This document shows, in pieces, positions 48,810-51,656 of a DNA stretch of 51,656 bases (within the stretch, counting starts at the first letter, position 1; every line of letters begins with the position of its first letter). The stretch lies in contig JBDTZG010000039.1 of assembly GCA_040005235.1 (NCBI GenBank), forward strand, positions 1 through 51,656, in the 5' to 3' direction. The notes below the pieces were generated by a model that was given only the letters and a program-made list of their open reading frames with translations, made no database searches and was not told the DNA's origin. The position numbers and the translations under genes are program-made. The DNA comes from Acidobacteriota bacterium (lineage in GTDB: Bacteria > Acidobacteriota > Thermoanaerobaculia > Multivoradales > UBA5704).

Positions 48810-50855
48810 ATGAACTATCCCGGCAACCCAGCGCTCGGCAGCGACGTGCAGCAACGAATCGTCGCGACGTTTGAGCAGACGCTCGACCTGGCGATCGCCG
48901 GCAACCGGCAGGAAGCCCTGCTCGGTTGCGATTTCGTCCTGCGCATGGATTCGCATTTCGACCCGGCGCGGCGCCTTCAGGAGCGAATCAACGCCAGCTC
49001 CGGCGCCCTCTCGCACGAGGCGCTCGCGGACCTGATGCCGGGGGGCACAGGCTCCGCGGCCGAAGACGACCTCGGTTTCCTGCCTCATCTGGATGAATTC
49101 GAGGGGGTGGGCGGTCTCGCCGGTTTCGTCGACGGCCAAGGGGGGCTGCGCGACGAGCTAGAGCAGCTGTTCGCAGAGCGCCGGTATGCCGAGTTGGTTG
49201 CCCGCGCCCATCAAGAGAGCGCCGCGCTGGCCAAGGATCCGAGCTTGGGCCAGCTCGCCATGAGCGCGCAGGAAAAGCTTGAATCGGCCCCCTACGTCGA
49301 AAAATTTCTGGTCGCCGCCCGCGCGGCTCTCGCCGCGGGTCAGACCGCCGAGGCGGAACGCAGCCTGGAAAAGGCTCGCTCGCTCGACCCCGACCATCCG
49401 GCAATCGGCGAGATCGTCCGCTCGATGCAGGCCCGGTCCTCTGGGGGAAGGGCGAACGTCAACGAAGCGTCGTTCTTCACCCTGGAATCCGGCGCCCCCC
49501 CTGTCGCCTTGCCGTCGCTCGAAGGGAAGCCGCTGGCACCCACGTTGCAGACCTATGCCTCCGAGAGCGACCGCCGCATCGCCCAGTTGCTCGCGGAGGG
49601 CGATGCCGCATTCGAGCGGGGCGACCCGCAGGCGGCGATCGACTCCTGGTCACGAATCTTCCTGATCGATATCGACCACGACGAAGCCGCGCGGCGGATC
49701 GAGCGGGCTCGCCGGCTGAAGGCCGAGAGCGAGCGCCAGGTCGAGGAGATCTTCCACGACGGTCTCTCTGCGGCTGAGGTGGGCGATTTCGTCGCGGCGC
49801 GCAAGGCATTCGAGCGGGTGCTGGAGCTTCAGCCGACGCACCTTGCGGCGCGCGAACAGTTGCAGTTGCTGGACGCCGGACAGGCTCCGGCGGCGCGCCC
49901 CGCGCCTCGCGGCGGCGAGGTGCTTGAGCCGCTCCCCTCCGGCTACGACAGCCCGGCCACGGCCGATCTCAAGGAAGAGATCCTCGTGCCGCCCGAAGGC
50001 GCCGCGGCCCAGCCGCGTAGGGTACGAAAAGAGAAAGTCGTTGCGGCGACGGCAACCCCGGCGGCCGCTCCCACCAAAGCGAAGCGAACCTTCATGCTGG
50101 TCGGTGCCGGAGTGCTGGTCCTGGCGCTGGTCGCGGGTTGGCTGCTGTTTCAGAACTGGGACAGCTGGTTCCCGAATTCGGACAGCGAAGGGCCGGTCCA
50201 ATCGTCATCCGCCGACTCGATCGCCCGGGCCAAAAAGCTCCAGGAACAGGGCAACACGGCGATCGCGGTCGCTCAGTTGAAACGGATTCCTCCGAGCGAT
50301 CCTCTGTACGCCAAGGCGCGCGAGCTGATCAAGACCTGGGAGGCGCCTACGGCACCGGCCGAGCCGGCGGGTCCCAGCCCCGAGCAGACGGCCGTTCGCG
50401 ACCAGGCGCTCGCCGCCGCGCGAGAGGCTTATACCTCACGGGCGTATCTGCTGGCCGCCGAGCGATTCAAACAGGGGGCGGACATTGCCGCGCTCGAAGG
50501 CACGGACGCCGAGCTGTTCGAGGACGCCCGGCGCCAACTGGTGCCGATGGCCTCGCAGCTCCAACTGTTTCGGGACCATGAGTGGGACATTGTCCTGCCG
50601 CAGCTCTGGCAGCTGCGCAAGAATTCACCCGGCCCGGACGTCGATCGACTGCTGCTCGACAGCTACTACAACTTAGGGATTCGCGAGCTGCAGCGGTCGA
50701 ATCCCGCCAAGGCGGTCGAGCAATTCCACGAGGCCGGCGAGCTGACCCACGGCGACGCGGAGCTCGATCGCAACCTTCAGTTCGCCCAGACCTACCAGGC
50801 TCGCGAGATCGACCTGCTGTACAAAATTTACGTCAAATACCTTAGGTTCCGCTGA
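48810..50855 (+). CDS. Single-TM TPR-repeat protein
   Basis: TPR-like helices flank the TM FMLVGAGVLVLALVAGWLLF. Confidence 0.8.
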   Translation: MNYPGNPALGSDVQQRIVATFEQTLDLAIAGNRQEALLGCDFVLRMDSHFDPARRLQERINASSGALSHEALADLMPGGTGSAAEDDLGFLPHLDEFEGVGGLAGFVDGQGGLRDELEQLFAERRYAELVARAHQESAALAKDPSLGQLAMSAQEKLESAPYVEKFLVAARAALAAGQTAEAERSLEKARSLDPDHPAIGEIVRSMQARSSGGRANVNEASFFTLESGAPPVALPSLEGKPLAPTLQTYASESDRRIAQLLAEGDAAFERGDPQAAIDSWSRIFLIDIDHDEAARRIERARRLKAESERQVEEIFHDGLSAAEVGDFVAARKAFERVLELQPTHLAAREQLQLLDAGQAPAARPAPRGGEVLEPLPSGYDSPATADLKEEILVPPEGAAAQPRRVRKEKVVAATATPAAAPTKAKRTFMLVGAGVLVLALVAGWLLFQNWDSWFPNSDSEGPVQSSSADSIARAKKLQEQGNTAIAVAQLKRIPPSDPLYAKARELIKTWEAPTAPAEPAGPSPEQTAVRDQALAAAREAYTSRAYLLAAERFKQGADIAALEGTDAELFEDARRQLVPMASQLQLFRDHEWDIVLPQLWQLRKNSPGPDVDRLLLDSYYNLGIRELQRSNPAKAVEQFHEAGELTHGDAELDRNLQFAQTYQAREIDLLYKIYVKYLRFR

Positions 50856-51604
50856 TGGCGCGTTCCGGTCGAGGTTCCAGACTTCCGCCGGACGAGCCCG
50901 TCCTCTTCGACCTTCCACTCGGCCTGCCCGAAGAGGAGCCTGAGCTGGAACTGCAGCCGCCGCCGCAGCAGCAAAAGCCGCGCGCCGCAGGAGCGGCTTC
51001 GACCGGATCCACCGGCAGAGCACCCCGGCCGGCTGCGAGCGACCTCCTGCCGTTCGAATCTCCCTCCGAGGCGCAGAGCTACCCTCGGGCGGTCCCATCG
51101 CCAAGAGCGGCCGGATTTTCACTCGAGGAGGAGGAGGAAGAGGAGCCGGTTACGGCGTCGGTCTCCTCGGTCTTCCCCTCCGGACGGGAGCGCTGGATTG
51201 CCGGGGCCGCGGATCTGGTGGTCCACGCTGCGGTGCTGGTCGTGGCGCTGATCGGCGTCCGGGCTTTGGGCATCCATCCGGCGCTTGCCCACGCCGCACC
51301 GTTCGGGTTGTTCCTGGCGTCGTTTTCTTTTCTCTACACCGTGATCCCGCTGGCCTTCTGGGGCCAGACGCTCGGCATGGGGTGGATGCGGACGATCGCC
51401 CGGGATCGCGACGGCCAGGCGCTGACGTTCGACCAAACCGCCCGTCGCTGGCTGGGCGGCCTGATCGTCGCCGGCCTGCTCGGCCTGCCCGTCTGGCTCG
51501 CGCGGCGCGGACGCTCTCTCGCCGACTGGCTGAGCGGCTCGATCACGCTCCGCGCCAACGGCGCTTCGGAATCAGATGGCGATCCGGACTACGGCGCCGC
51601 CTGA
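50855..51604 (+). CDS. RDD-family membrane protein
   Basis: RWIAGAADL, GQTLGM, RSLADWLSGS; acidic disordered N-terminus. Confidence 0.85.
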   Translation: MARSGRGSRLPPDEPVLFDLPLGLPEEEPELELQPPPQQQKPRAAGAASTGSTGRAPRPAASDLLPFESPSEAQSYPRAVPSPRAAGFSLEEEEEEEPVTASVSSVFPSGRERWIAGAADLVVHAAVLVVALIGVRALGIHPALAHAAPFGLFLASFSFLYTVIPLAFWGQTLGMGWMRTIARDRDGQALTFDQTARRWLGGLIVAGLLGLPVWLARRGRSLADWLSGSITLRANGASESDGDPDYGAA

Positions 51605-51656
51605 GCAAGCCGATCCAACGCGACACTCACCGCGCGCAGCCGGCCCGGAGACCCCG

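Overview
High-GC bacterial chromosomal segment; gene content and style suggest Acidobacteriota/Thermoanaerobaculia (inference). It is mostly housekeeping: ffs-dnaX-ybaB-recR; tadA with two tRNA-Ser; rpmH-rnpA-yidD-yidC-jag-[2x parS]-rsmG-parA-parB; tandem lepB; comEA-fimT; mtnA; tmRNA; dusB; rsgA; lepA; a ClC channel/MarR pair; an M16 peptidase pair; and pilT-pilC-pilS-pilR. Four small accessory inserts hold the unusual features. (1) At 3.4-6.1 kb is a decayed XRE-HTH/TPR locus with a divergent secreted CxxDP-repeat peptide and a perfect palindrome (RRNPP-like layout), ending in a 14 x 21-bp array. (2) An AAA_14/DUF4143-type ATPase is preceded by two 40-bp inverted-repeat units. (3) A second, unrelated 14 x 21-bp array lies upstream of a 120-aa basic helical orphan gene. 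(4) An unannotated 45-aa lanthipeptide-like precursor has no maturases nearby. No CRISPR array, integrase or transposase was seen. All calls are by eye, without database searches.
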